Assembly: GCA_949294735.1 (NCBI GenBank)
Contig: CASFII010000008.1
Span: 2,044 to 66,043 of the forward strand
DNA: 64,000 bases
Origin: an uncultured Coriobacteriaceae bacterium
GTDB taxonomy: Bacteria; Actinomycetota; Coriobacteriia; Coriobacteriales; Eggerthellaceae
Direction of reading: 5' to 3'
A program made the translations under genes and the position numbers. Each line of letters opens with the position of its first letter. Position 1 is the stretch's first letter. The notes beneath the pieces are model-generated. The model worked only from the letters and a program-made list of their open reading frames with translations. It had not been told where the DNA came from and made no database searches. Shown piece after piece: positions 28,529 through 37,455 of this stretch.

Positions 28529-29809
28529 GTGAGCTCAACGATTAAAGTAGCCGAACTATTCGCCGGCGTTGGCGGGTTTCGCCTGGGTCTTGATGGTTAC
28601 AAGAACCCCAACCATCCTGAATTTAATCTTCCTGCAGCAGGCCCTTTTAAGACAATTTGGGCAAACCAGTGGGAGCCACCTGGAACTCCTGGAAAACAGT
28701 TTGCTGCGAAGTGTTATCAAACCCGCTTTGGAAGCAAAGAGCTTGTTGTTGAGGACATTGCAGTTGTTCTAGATAAATTTGAAGCCGGAGAAATAGAAAT
28801 CCCTGACGTTGACATGGTTGTAGGTGGATTCCCCTGCCAAGATTACTCTGTCGCTAAAACTCTTTCCAATGCGCGTGGTATTGAAGGGAAAAAAGGCGTT
28901 CTTTGGTGGGAAATTGAACGCTTTCTTCGCTTGAAAGAGCCGAAATATGTATTACTTGAGAATGTAGACCGGTTGTTAAAAAGCCCTGCTTCTCAGCGTG
29001 GTAGGGATTTCGCCGTCATGCTTGCCTGCTTGTGCAATCTTGGCTATTCCGTTGAGTGGCATGTGGTAAATAGCGCAGAATACGGTTTTAGCCAAAGAAG
29101 AAAGCGCGTTTACATTTACGCAGTTAAAACAACCGAAGGCTGGGATTTGGACCGCCGCATCAATGAAGGCGTTCTTGCAAAGGCCCTTCCAATAAAAGAA
29201 CCTGATGCTGTCACGAAGTTCGAGCTTTCGTCGAATATCTTGGAAGTTTCTGAGAACTTCGGGAAGAGTCTGAGTAAATCTCTTTTTGGAACTGGCGGCG
29301 TGTGTCAAAACTACCAAATTGTGACATATGACCTGGAGGAAGACTATTGCGGCAATAAGAAAACATTACGCGACGTCCTTGTTGATGAAAAAGATGTTCC
29401 CGAATCTTTCTACATACCAAACTCTCAGTTAGAAAAATGGGAATACTTAAAAGGAAACAAACGCGAAGAACGCATAGACAAAAAGACTGGGTTTAAATAT
29501 TTCTATTCCGAAGGTGCAATGGCTTTCCCCGATTCGTTGGATAAACCTTCAAGAACCATCCTGACAGGCGAAGGTGGGTCAGGACCATCGCGCTTCAAGC
29601 ATGTAATCAAAACAGAAAGTGGTCGCTATCGTAGGTTAATGCCTGATGAGCTTGATCAGCTACAAGGCTTTCCGAAAGGATGGACCAATACTGGCATGAG
29701 TGACGGAAACAGGGCATTCTGCATGGGGAATGCTCTGGTCGTGGGAGTTCCGCACCTCATTGGCAAAGCCATACTAGAAAGCAACGATTCTATCTCCAAG
29801 GACGTTTGA
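28529..29809 (+). CDS. DNA (cytosine-5)-methyltransferase, partner of the Sau3AI-like enzyme
   Basis: Motifs I FAGVGGF, IV GFPCQDYS, VI ENV, VIII QRRKRVYI, X GNALVV. GTG start. Confidence 0.9.
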   Translation: MSSTIKVAELFAGVGGFRLGLDGYKNPNHPEFNLPAAGPFKTIWANQWEPPGTPGKQFAAKCYQTRFGSKELVVEDIAVVLDKFEAGEIEIPDVDMVVGGFPCQDYSVAKTLSNARGIEGKKGVLWWEIERFLRLKEPKYVLLENVDRLLKSPASQRGRDFAVMLACLCNLGYSVEWHVVNSAEYGFSQRRKRVYIYAVKTTEGWDLDRRINEGVLAKALPIKEPDAVTKFELSSNILEVSENFGKSLSKSLFGTGGVCQNYQIVTYDLEEDYCGNKKTLRDVLVDEKDVPESFYIPNSQLEKWEYLKGNKREERIDKKTGFKYFYSEGAMAFPDSLDKPSRTILTGEGGSGPSRFKHVIKTESGRYRRLMPDELDQLQGFPKGWTNTGMSDGNRAFCMGNALVVGVPHLIGKAILESNDSISKDV

Positions 29810-29864
29810 GATTCTCTTGGGTCGAGGTTTTTGGTCTTGTCTATCTGAAGCAAAGAGGTCTGTT

Positions 29865-30311
29865 GTGGAAATAACAATTATAGAAATAAACGAAAGAACT
29901 CAGAAGCTGGTTCAGCAGCTTCTGGACGTTTGGGAGAGGTCTGTGCGCGCTACGCATACGTTTTTGTCTAACGAAGAAATTGTGAGCATCAAGGAATACG
30001 TTCCACAAGCCTTGATGGGCGTAAAGCATCTTATTGTTGCGATGAATAAACAAGGTGCGCCCGTTGCGTTTATGGGCATAGAGGACGATTCCCTTGAAAT
30101 GCTATTCATTGCGCCCGAAGAACGCGGCAAAGGCTTAGGCAAACAACTGTTGCTAAACGGAATTCAGAATTACGGCGTCCAAAGACTTGCCGTCAACGAA
30201 CAGAATCCGCAAGCAAAGGGCTTCTACGAGCACATGGGTTTCAAAGTTTACAAGCGCACTGAAACCGATGAACAGGGAAACCCCTATCCCTTGCTATACA
30301 TGGAACTTTAA
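29865..30311 (+). CDS. GNAT-family N-acetyltransferase
   Basis: Acetyl-CoA motif RGKGLGKQLL. Start set at the GTG at 29865 after AGAGG; the ORF-track start at 29817 is less likely. Confidence 0.75.
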   Translation: MEITIIEINERTQKLVQQLLDVWERSVRATHTFLSNEEIVSIKEYVPQALMGVKHLIVAMNKQGAPVAFMGIEDDSLEMLFIAPEERGKGLGKQLLLNGIQNYGVQRLAVNEQNPQAKGFYEHMGFKVYKRTETDEQGNPYPLLYMEL

Positions 30312-30387
30312 GCAACACCCCTGAGCAGTATTTGAATCCCCGTAAGCTCTCTGAGCGAACTTCAGAAGAGTTGTTTTACCGCGTCGG

Positions 30388-30573
30388 TTATTCCTCTACA
30401 ACAAAACGGCGCAGGTCAATGCCCATTCTTTCGGCTTTTCGGCAGAGCTCTTCCCCACTCATGCTTTCAATATCAGCAACATCCAAAAGCGCAGCAGGAA
30501 AACCACTAAACATAGCGGTTCCGCAGTAGTCCATCATATAATCACGCAGTGCATCCACATTTATAAGAGCCAT
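30388..30573 (-). CDS. small conserved-looking hypothetical protein (61 aa), third gene of the hipBA operon
   Basis: ATG lies 16 nt after the hipA stop codon on the same strand. Acidic helical protein, MALINVDALRDYMMDYCGTAMFSGFP. No family recognised. Confidence 0.45.
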   Translation of the reverse strand: MALINVDALRDYMMDYCGTAMFSGFPAALLDVADIESMSGEELCRKAERMGIDLRRFVVEE

Positions 30574-30589
30574 GTGCTAATCCTACTTA

Positions 30590-31891
30590 TCAGATTTCAA
30601 ACTTCCCCAAATATTTCTTTAGCACGTTTAGCCTTGGTTTGGCGTTTTCTAAAATACGATTAATCATTACATCCGTCTCCCTGTCAGGCGCCTCAATCTT
30701 TGGCGTTTCGAGTGATGACAAAACATCATTCACAACGTTGCCAAACTCGCTCAAACCTAAAGACAAATCTGTAGCAAGTTGCACCATGTCCGCTTCGTCA
30801 ATTTCATTCAGAGCACGATGTTCACCGATGTCGAAAGGCATGGCAGTTGAATACCCCGACAAAGGAATACACGTGACATCATAGAGCGGTGCAAGATTTC
30901 GGGCCGTCCACTCTTTATTGTAAAGTAACGAAAAATTTTTCAGATGCGCATCAGAGTTGCCAACCGCATAACAGAAAACCAACCGCTTTGCGAATTCTGT
31001 CCTGCTTTCTTGAGGGTTGGTAGTAGTTTCTTCAAGTAGATCCGCAACCATAACTGGATAACTGGCTGCTACCCCTTGTGGTTGGTACTTAAAGAAAGGT
31101 GACAAGCCCAAAGCCTGGCAGAAATCTTCTTGATGGAGGCGAACGACTATTTGAAGCTTACCTTTTAACATACGCACCCTGTCGTAGCGCTCCACACATA
31201 TTATGCCTGGTAGTTCAGATAATCTGGTAACTTTTGCGGTATCTATTCCACACGCCTGAGCCAACAAAGAACAAGCCAGTTCGTTGATAGCTAAGTCTTC
31301 TTCGCCTGTGCGTGAAATCTTAATAATGTGAGTTGAAGGTGCAGTTCCTCTGGGGATAGACCATTCGTTAGGTGCAGCATTTGTAGGATCAACGCCACCT
31401 GGTAAAAACCATGCTACTTTTGACTGTGCACCGGAAAGGGACAAACGCGTAGAAGCAGCGGTGATGGTAGCCATTCTTACGGGATTCGCTCTCATATCCG
31501 AAAGAGTTTGTGAGTCGACTTGATCGTAACGCGGTTCGTACTCAGACAGATTAATATGTTCCGAAACAAACGTTAGCGCACCTATGCTTTCGCATCCCAT
31601 TTGTTCAAGTATTGAAAGATAATCTGCACGCGGAACCTGATAATATTCAGCCAAGTTTGCGTATATATCGCCCTCGGGCATGAGGCCTTGAAAATAGGCG
31701 TTAAATTCGTCTGAAGAATAGGGGGCTTTATCCAGTGGAAGCAAATGAGAGATACCTAGTTCGCCCACTACCCGTGCTTTTTTTAGATAATCGGCATCGT
31801 AGATAAAGCTGCTAGAGGCACCCACTTGATAATCAATGCGCCCCACATATTCACGCTCACCCCGAAAATCACGATAGATAAGAATGCCCAT
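30590..31891 (-). CDS. hipA: HipA-family serine/threonine kinase toxin
   Basis: HipA N-terminal coupling domains plus a kinase core with GNSDAHLKNFSLLY. The start ATG directly abuts the hipB stop (TAAATG). Confidence 0.85.
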   Translation of the reverse strand: MGILIYRDFRGEREYVGRIDYQVGASSSFIYDADYLKKARVVGELGISHLLPLDKAPYSSDEFNAYFQGLMPEGDIYANLAEYYQVPRADYLSILEQMGCESIGALTFVSEHINLSEYEPRYDQVDSQTLSDMRANPVRMATITAASTRLSLSGAQSKVAWFLPGGVDPTNAAPNEWSIPRGTAPSTHIIKISRTGEEDLAINELACSLLAQACGIDTAKVTRLSELPGIICVERYDRVRMLKGKLQIVVRLHQEDFCQALGLSPFFKYQPQGVAASYPVMVADLLEETTTNPQESRTEFAKRLVFCYAVGNSDAHLKNFSLLYNKEWTARNLAPLYDVTCIPLSGYSTAMPFDIGEHRALNEIDEADMVQLATDLSLGLSEFGNVVNDVLSSLETPKIEAPDRETDVMINRILENAKPRLNVLKKYLGKFEI

Positions 31892-32146
31892 TTATTCGCC
31901 CCTTACCTTCGCATAAAGGTCTATACCAATCATTTTGCACACATGGATAACCTGCTTGATATTGCCGCCGGCCACACCTCGCTCAAGTTCACCAATAAAA
32001 CGAGGAGAACAACCGCACGATTCTGCAAGGGCGGCTTGCGTAATGCCAAGGTCTGTCCTGCGTTTACGGATTATTTTTCCGAGCTCTTCGGCATCAGTTA
32101 ATTTGTTATCTACATTGCGTGGTTTGCGAGGCTTAATATCAATCAT
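31892..32146 (-). CDS. hipB: HipB-like XRE-family antitoxin
   Basis: 84 aa. HTH LGITQAALAESCGCSPRFIGELERG. Located immediately upstream of hipA. Confidence 0.75.
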   Translation of the reverse strand: MIDIKPRKPRNVDNKLTDAEELGKIIRKRRTDLGITQAALAESCGCSPRFIGELERGVAGGNIKQVIHVCKMIGIDLYAKVRGE

Positions 32147-32172
32147 GGCTAATCCTGTGTTCTTTTGTGATT

Positions 32173-32266
32173 CTTCCCATTTGGGAAGTTTTCAAGAATT
32201 CTAACCTATTTCTTCCCATTTGGGAAGATTTGGTCAAAATGCAAGCTAATCTTCCCGTTTGGGAAG
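32173..32266. promoter_or_regulatory. three operator-like palindromes CTTCCC(A/G)TTTGGGAAG at exact 39-bp spacing
   Basis: Copies at 32173-32188, 32212-32227 and 32251-32266, starting 27 nt upstream of the hipB start codon. Confidence 0.6.
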
Positions 32267-32464
32267 ATTATGTGCTCACACGCATCCCACAACCGCATTG
32301 AAGAATCTAAGACAAACATGGACGCCGCCCCCTCCCACCCTCACATTTTCACCACGCCTTCGTTACGTCACTGTAAATCCTTGGCAGAAGTTGCTGAAGT
32401 AAAATAGTATGTGCGGACAACACCGCTACCAACTGAAGCACGCTGTCTAGGAAAGGATTGCGCA

Positions 32465-32788
32465 ATGATTGTCACCACTACCCAATCAGTTGAAGGCTAC
32501 AAAATCACGGGATATTACGGCATTGTGTTCGGCGAAGTAATTACGGGCGTCAACTTCTTCAAAGACTTTGGTGCAGGTCTTCGCAACATTGTTGGTGGGC
32601 GCAGCCAAGGCTACGAAGAAGAACTTGAAAAGGCTCGCGTAGGTGCTCTGCAAGAAATGGAACAGCGTGCTGCCCAAATGGGCGCTCATGCGGTTGTTGG
32701 CGTAGACATCGACTACGAAGTACTTGGTCAGGGCAATATGCTCATGGTGTCTGCTTCCGGCACCGCTGTTACCGTAGAAGCACTTTAA
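32465..32788 (+). CDS. YbjQ/UPF0145 family protein
   Basis: [24 protein letters not shown]... is typical of the family. Start at the ATG at 32465. Confidence 0.8.
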   Translation: MIVTTTQSVEGYKITGYYGIVFGEVITGVNFFKDFGAGLRNIVGGRSQGYEEELEKARVGALQEMEQRAAQMGAHAVVGVDIDYEVLGQGNMLMVSASGTAVTVEAL

Positions 32789-32796
32789 CCTTCCAA

Positions 32797-32826
32797 ATGC
32801 GCCGCACCCCGCGGCGCATTTTCATT
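32797..32826 (+). terminator. rho-independent terminator
   Basis: ATGCGCCGC-N5-GCGGCGCAT followed by TTTCATT. Confidence 0.7.
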
Positions 32827-32968
32827 CTATTTGCCTGCGTAGGATAATAAGCACAGGCGCAAAGAAGCAACTGAGCAATTGCGCTGACAGCAACAGCTGC
32901 TTCGAAGCGAACGCTTCCTTTTCTCAACGAAGGAAGCTCAAAGTTGTTCCTAGAAAGAAGGGATTGCT

Positions 32969-33898
32969 ATGCTTCACGAAATCAAATTCCCCTCATCAAA
33001 CGGACGTGACCAGGTAACTGGTTGGATCTACGTCCCCGCCACCGAACCCGAAGGCATTGTGCAGCTGGTGCATGGCTTTGGCGAACATTCGCGCCGCTAC
33101 TTCCATATGATTGTTGCCTTAATGGACGCAGGCTACATTGTGGCCGCAGATGACCACGTGGGTCATGGCGCTACCGCTATTGCAAACAACACCTGGGGCG
33201 ACTGGGGCGACGCTGGCCCACACACCATGATGGAAGACGAAAAGTTGTTCAAAGACGCTGTGTGTGAAAAGTATCCCGACCTGCCCTATTTCATGTTTGG
33301 TCATTCCATGGGTTCCATGATTGCCCGTGACTTTTCCGCCAAATACGGCGAAGAACTGGACGGTGTTATTTACTGTGGCACCACAGGCATCTTCAAGAAC
33401 ACCCACGAAGTGCGCGCCAAACTGGACAAAGTAATTGAAGAAGGCGGCGCTCACGATGCCGACCCTGCTTTCGTCGGCGAACTGATGGGCTGGATGTTTT
33501 CTCGCTGTGACGAAGGCGGCGAATTAGGTAACGAATGGATTTGCCACGACCCCTATGTGCAAAAAGACCACGCCGAAGACCCGTTTGATGCGTTTACGCA
33601 CCCTACGCACAACATTAGCCTGCGCGACTTCATTGACATGATGCTATGCATCGAAGGTGAAAAATGGGCTGAAAAGGTTCCCGCTGACCTGCCTATCTTG
33701 CTGATTGCGGGCGACCAAGACCCTGTTGGCAACTTCGGCGAAGGCGTATATCAGGTGGCTAACTGGTTAATTGAAACTGGCCACGAAGACGTGCTGACAA
33801 AGCTGTGGAGCGGCTATCGTCATGAAATCCACAACTATGACGACATCAAATATGACGTGGAAGAAACCATTATTGATTGGCTGGACATGCAGCACTAA
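32969..33898 (+). CDS. alpha/beta hydrolase (lysophospholipase / monoacylglycerol-lipase-like)
   Basis: HGFGEHS and GHSMGS motifs. 309 aa. Confidence 0.8.
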   Translation: MLHEIKFPSSNGRDQVTGWIYVPATEPEGIVQLVHGFGEHSRRYFHMIVALMDAGYIVAADDHVGHGATAIANNTWGDWGDAGPHTMMEDEKLFKDAVCEKYPDLPYFMFGHSMGSMIARDFSAKYGEELDGVIYCGTTGIFKNTHEVRAKLDKVIEEGGAHDADPAFVGELMGWMFSRCDEGGELGNEWICHDPYVQKDHAEDPFDAFTHPTHNISLRDFIDMMLCIEGEKWAEKVPADLPILLIAGDQDPVGNFGEGVYQVANWLIETGHEDVLTKLWSGYRHEIHNYDDIKYDVEETIIDWLDMQH

Positions 33899-33946
33899 CC
33901 TGTAAGCACAAAGGCCAGAAACCACAACAACTAGAAGGAGATTCCC

Positions 33947-34315
33947 ATGGACAAAGAACTGTTTGATTATGTAGCTGAACGCGTTGAAATCTTAAAGACC
34001 GCTGACACCAGCACGCAGGTTACGCGTGATGCGGCCACCGCTTGGCAAGAAGCTGTTGCCGCTGACAGTAGCGAGGCCGCCGTTGAAGAAGCCACCAATA
34101 AGTTTTTGGGCATCATGCAGGATCGCCCCACCACTATTGACGGCGTGATTGGCTTTTTGTCTGGTCCTGCTAAAGAAATGCTTGGTGAAGAAGCTGCTGC
34201 TGCGGGATTGGCTGTACAAGAACAGCGCAAAGCCGAAGGTGCCAAATGGTGTGACTGCCCATCCTGTAAAGCTGCTACCGAAATTCTGGCGAAGTTTGGT
34301 CGCGTGGAATTGTAA
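33947..34315 (+). CDS. hypothetical protein
   Basis: 122 aa, good RBS (AGAAGGAG), helical and acidic, with a C-terminal CDCPSC motif. No family assigned. Confidence 0.5.
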   Translation: MDKELFDYVAERVEILKTADTSTQVTRDAATAWQEAVAADSSEAAVEEATNKFLGIMQDRPTTIDGVIGFLSGPAKEMLGEEAAAAGLAVQEQRKAEGAKWCDCPSCKAATEILAKFGRVEL

Positions 34316-34318
34316 GAG

Positions 34319-34349
34319 AAAGAGCCCAGGGAACTGGGCTCTTGTTTTG
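34319..34349. terminator. hairpin terminator between convergent genes
   Basis: AGAGCCCAG-N4-CTGGGCTCT followed by TGTTTTG. Confidence 0.7.
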
Positions 34350-34428
34350 CGCTATCGTTTGCGCTGCGATTTTGCGATTTCGCGCAAGTTTTCGGTCTTG
34401 CAGTTTCGCGCTTTCTTTCGCACTAAAC

Positions 34429-35886
34429 TTAAACCTCTTGCAGTTCTTCGGCATCAATAGATTGCATCCAGGCAATATATACGCTGGGATAATGCCCATA
34501 AAGCACCTGTATGGGATTAATGTCAGACATCAAATCTTTAATGAGCGCAGTCATACCACCCAATGATGTCAAGTCTTCTACCTCAGGAATAGCGGTACCG
34601 AGGTCGTCTATCAGTTTGTCCACCGCTTCGCGATCTTCTGGAACGTAAGGACACTCAACTCCTGTGTTTTCCGTAAACGCATCGCACATTTCTTCATAGC
34701 GCGCGTCAAAGCCTTCGTCACCATAGCCAGGAAGCAACAGGTCGTTGCCGTAACGTGCATAGCCCCACTGCGCCAGTGGCAAACGAGGAACCAAATCGCT
34801 CGGGTTCATGATATTGAAGATGTTGTTGTATAAACCTTCTTCTACCACATCCACAGTAGTAACTTCTGGAGTTGCAAAGGTGTAACAGTAAATGCTGTCC
34901 AAGGGAGCCAGCGAACGCAGACCCAATGTCATATCGTCCGCATACGCAGCGGCAATGTTTGCTACTGCCGCGCCGCGCGAATGACCGCAGAACAAAAGCG
35001 CAATGTCATCGATGCCCTTATCCTGTGCTTCTTCAGTGATACGCACCGCTAAATCTTCCATGATTTCATTAGCCGCAAGCATGAAGCCTTCGTGGTCAAT
35101 AGCTTCCATTTCGTAGTCTGAAGCATCGCCCATCTGTAAATCGCTCAGCCATTCAGAGCCATAGCTTCCGCGAATAGACACCAGATAGAGCGTCTTTTCT
35201 TCACCCTCATCATTCACCAGATGCTTAGTTGCCACTGAATAAGCAACTACGTCATCTGTGCCCACGATGAAATCAACAACTTCGTCGAAGATTTCGCTGC
35301 GATACTGATAGGAAGAAGTAGAAATCTCGTCAAAGCCCAGAGCAGAAAGTGCTTGTTCCATGAAAGGCTTGGAATGTGATCCTGCCTGATAGTAGGACGA
35401 TTCTGAGTTGGCAACCGCCGAAAGCACGGAACAGGTGGTTGCTAATTCGTGGTTGTATTCGGTGGGATCTTCGAAGAACCAGTTGTCGTCCCATGCAACA
35501 GTGGTGCCAATGGTTTCGTCACCCGTTGCCATACTGGTGAACGAAATGTGCGCGTTGAAGGCACCTGTTTTTTGGGAAGAATCGGTGAGTTCAATGGTAG
35601 TATCAGGAGCTTCAACCACACCAATCCCCTGCTCCTTTTCCTGGAGACGGTGCTGTACTGCCAGCGCCAACGCAATGCCAGCCACCACAATAAGTGCAAG
35701 CAGAACAAGCAAAACGCGCTTTATCCAAGGGTGTTTGCGCTTCGGCTTTTCTTCGGTTGTTTCTTGAGCGGCTTCTTCTGCGCAGGCTTCTTCTATCTGC
35801 ACAGTTTTTTCTACCTGTGAAATTTCTTCGCTAGGCTTTTCTTCGGTTGTTCCGCTCGATTCTTCACGAATTTCTTCAGCGCTCAC
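34429..35886 (-). CDS. membrane-anchored class-3-lipase-like alpha/beta hydrolase
   Basis: Acidic N-terminus, one TM helix, GHSRGAA nucleophile elbow. Start reassigned to the GTG at 35886, which has AAGGAG 4 nt upstream and lies 1 nt after the upstream gene's stop. Confidence 0.65.
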   Translation of the reverse strand: MSAEEIREESSGTTEEKPSEEISQVEKTVQIEEACAEEAAQETTEEKPKRKHPWIKRVLLVLLALIVVAGIALALAVQHRLQEKEQGIGVVEAPDTTIELTDSSQKTGAFNAHISFTSMATGDETIGTTVAWDDNWFFEDPTEYNHELATTCSVLSAVANSESSYYQAGSHSKPFMEQALSALGFDEISTSSYQYRSEIFDEVVDFIVGTDDVVAYSVATKHLVNDEGEEKTLYLVSIRGSYGSEWLSDLQMGDASDYEMEAIDHEGFMLAANEIMEDLAVRITEEAQDKGIDDIALLFCGHSRGAAVANIAAAYADDMTLGLRSLAPLDSIYCYTFATPEVTTVDVVEEGLYNNIFNIMNPSDLVPRLPLAQWGYARYGNDLLLPGYGDEGFDARYEEMCDAFTENTGVECPYVPEDREAVDKLIDDLGTAIPEVEDLTSLGGMTALIKDLMSDINPIQVLYGHYPSVYIAWMQSIDAEELQEV

Positions 35887-35887
35887 G

Positions 35888-37192
35888 TTAGGCTCCTTGC
35901 GAGCCCGCACCTGTTGCCGCTGAAGCAATGGCGGAAGCGTCCGTACGACCAGAATCTTCAGGCGTAATAGACATGCTTTCGAAGCGGTGTTCCATATATT
36001 CGTTGTCGAAGTGCTCTGCGTAGAACTGCTCTACTGGGGATGTACCTGCAACGCCCGAAACGCGTTCGAACCAGCAGTCCAGAGCTTCCAGCGTCATGAC
36101 ACCGTTTACTAACATGAGAACAGCACACAACGTGGTCAGCGAATAGCGCAGCTTCCACGGAATAAGATTGATGAGTTTCAGCAACCACGGCAGGCAGAAC
36201 TTAATCCACACCAGACCAAGGGCGCCCCACATGCACATAAATAGCGTGCTAGTGCGACCACTAAAGATAATGGCAATGGGGTCTGGCACAACGCCGAACA
36301 GCGTAGAGCCTGTGTAATCCCAGGCCACAGCACCAAAGCCAACCTGCATAAACCAGGAAACCGCGGCTTCGAACAGGCCGCCAATGATGGACGAAATCAC
36401 AAAGATGATGATGGGGTTTGCTTTGTAAAAACGATTCAGCGCCACCGTCATGAGCACAGCGCCAAAACCGTAAATGGGCGAAAACGGTCCGAACAGCATA
36501 CCAGCGCGATCTTGATATACGCCTGGGTCAACTACTACCATGTGGTAGATGGTTTCAATGATAAGTCCCAGCACGCAGCACACCACAAATACCCAGAACA
36601 GGTTGAAAAAGTTCAGCTCAATGTAGCCCTTGCCTTCTGGGTCGCGACCAAGCATGCCTCGAAGTGCCGCTTTGCGATCTTCTTTTTCGCGCTGCTGCTG
36701 TTTAAGCTTTCTTTCTTCGTTAAGCGAAGGGTCAACTGTAATAGATAGCGCAATCAGGATGGCCAGCTGGATGGCGTTTTGAACCAGGTGAGGTCCAATG
36801 CCTTGCAGCATAACGGCCAAAAGCAGCTGAATGATAGTGGTTACGATAAGTGTGTAAGACCAGCGTGCTGCGTTGCGTCGGCGGTTTTTCAATAGCGAGC
36901 GACCAAAAATAATAAGCGCAATGGCGTTGATGAAGCCCACAACAACAGCTATGCCGAACAGAATGACGGGAAGCGTGGGGTCTGCGCCAATTGCAACGGA
37001 AGAAGGATCCGAAATCAATGCACCCGCGACCAGGGCAATAAAGACGATAACCATCGGCACGGTTAAAACGCCGTCAATCAAGCAGAGTGCACCATAGATT
37101 TTGATAACCAGTGGCACCTTTTTGGTAGGCGTTTCTTGGGTAGGCACAGCTGCTCCGTTTTGGGTGGTTTGGGTTGCGTTGTTTTCGCTCAT
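35888..37192 (-). CDS. polytopic membrane protein (C-terminal half resembles the 'putative ABC-transporter type IV' / DUF1113 family)
   Basis: About 10 TM helices. Block MLFGPFSPIYGFGAVLM. ATG at 37192 after AAGGA. Confidence 0.5.
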   Translation of the reverse strand: MSENNATQTTQNGAAVPTQETPTKKVPLVIKIYGALCLIDGVLTVPMVIVFIALVAGALISDPSSVAIGADPTLPVILFGIAVVVGFINAIALIIFGRSLLKNRRRNAARWSYTLIVTTIIQLLLAVMLQGIGPHLVQNAIQLAILIALSITVDPSLNEERKLKQQQREKEDRKAALRGMLGRDPEGKGYIELNFFNLFWVFVVCCVLGLIIETIYHMVVVDPGVYQDRAGMLFGPFSPIYGFGAVLMTVALNRFYKANPIIIFVISSIIGGLFEAAVSWFMQVGFGAVAWDYTGSTLFGVVPDPIAIIFSGRTSTLFMCMWGALGLVWIKFCLPWLLKLINLIPWKLRYSLTTLCAVLMLVNGVMTLEALDCWFERVSGVAGTSPVEQFYAEHFDNEYMEHRFESMSITPEDSGRTDASAIASAATGAGSQGA

Positions 37193-37322
37193 CAACAATC
37201 CTTAAAAGACGATAGCCCGAAAACCTCAGCAGAATGGCGCAAGCAAAACGAAATTCGTTCTGACTAGCGCATCTTTTAGATACGGGCTGATTGGCGCCGC
37301 TATTCTAGCACACCGAACACAC

Positions 37323-37356
37323 AAGTAAGCGCGCCCTTTCGCGAGCGCGCTTACTT
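37323..37356 (-). terminator. GC-rich hairpin downstream of the Fe-S protein gene
   Basis: AAGTAAGCGCGC-N10-GCGCGCTTACTT. The U-tract is weak. Confidence 0.45.
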
Positions 37357-37455
37357 AGACTACGTATTGAACTGGTAAATTCAGCTGAGTGTTTTCAAGC
37401 TATTTATGAGCTGCGCAGATTCCGCCTATTTGCTGTCAACTGCGCGGACTCCTAT

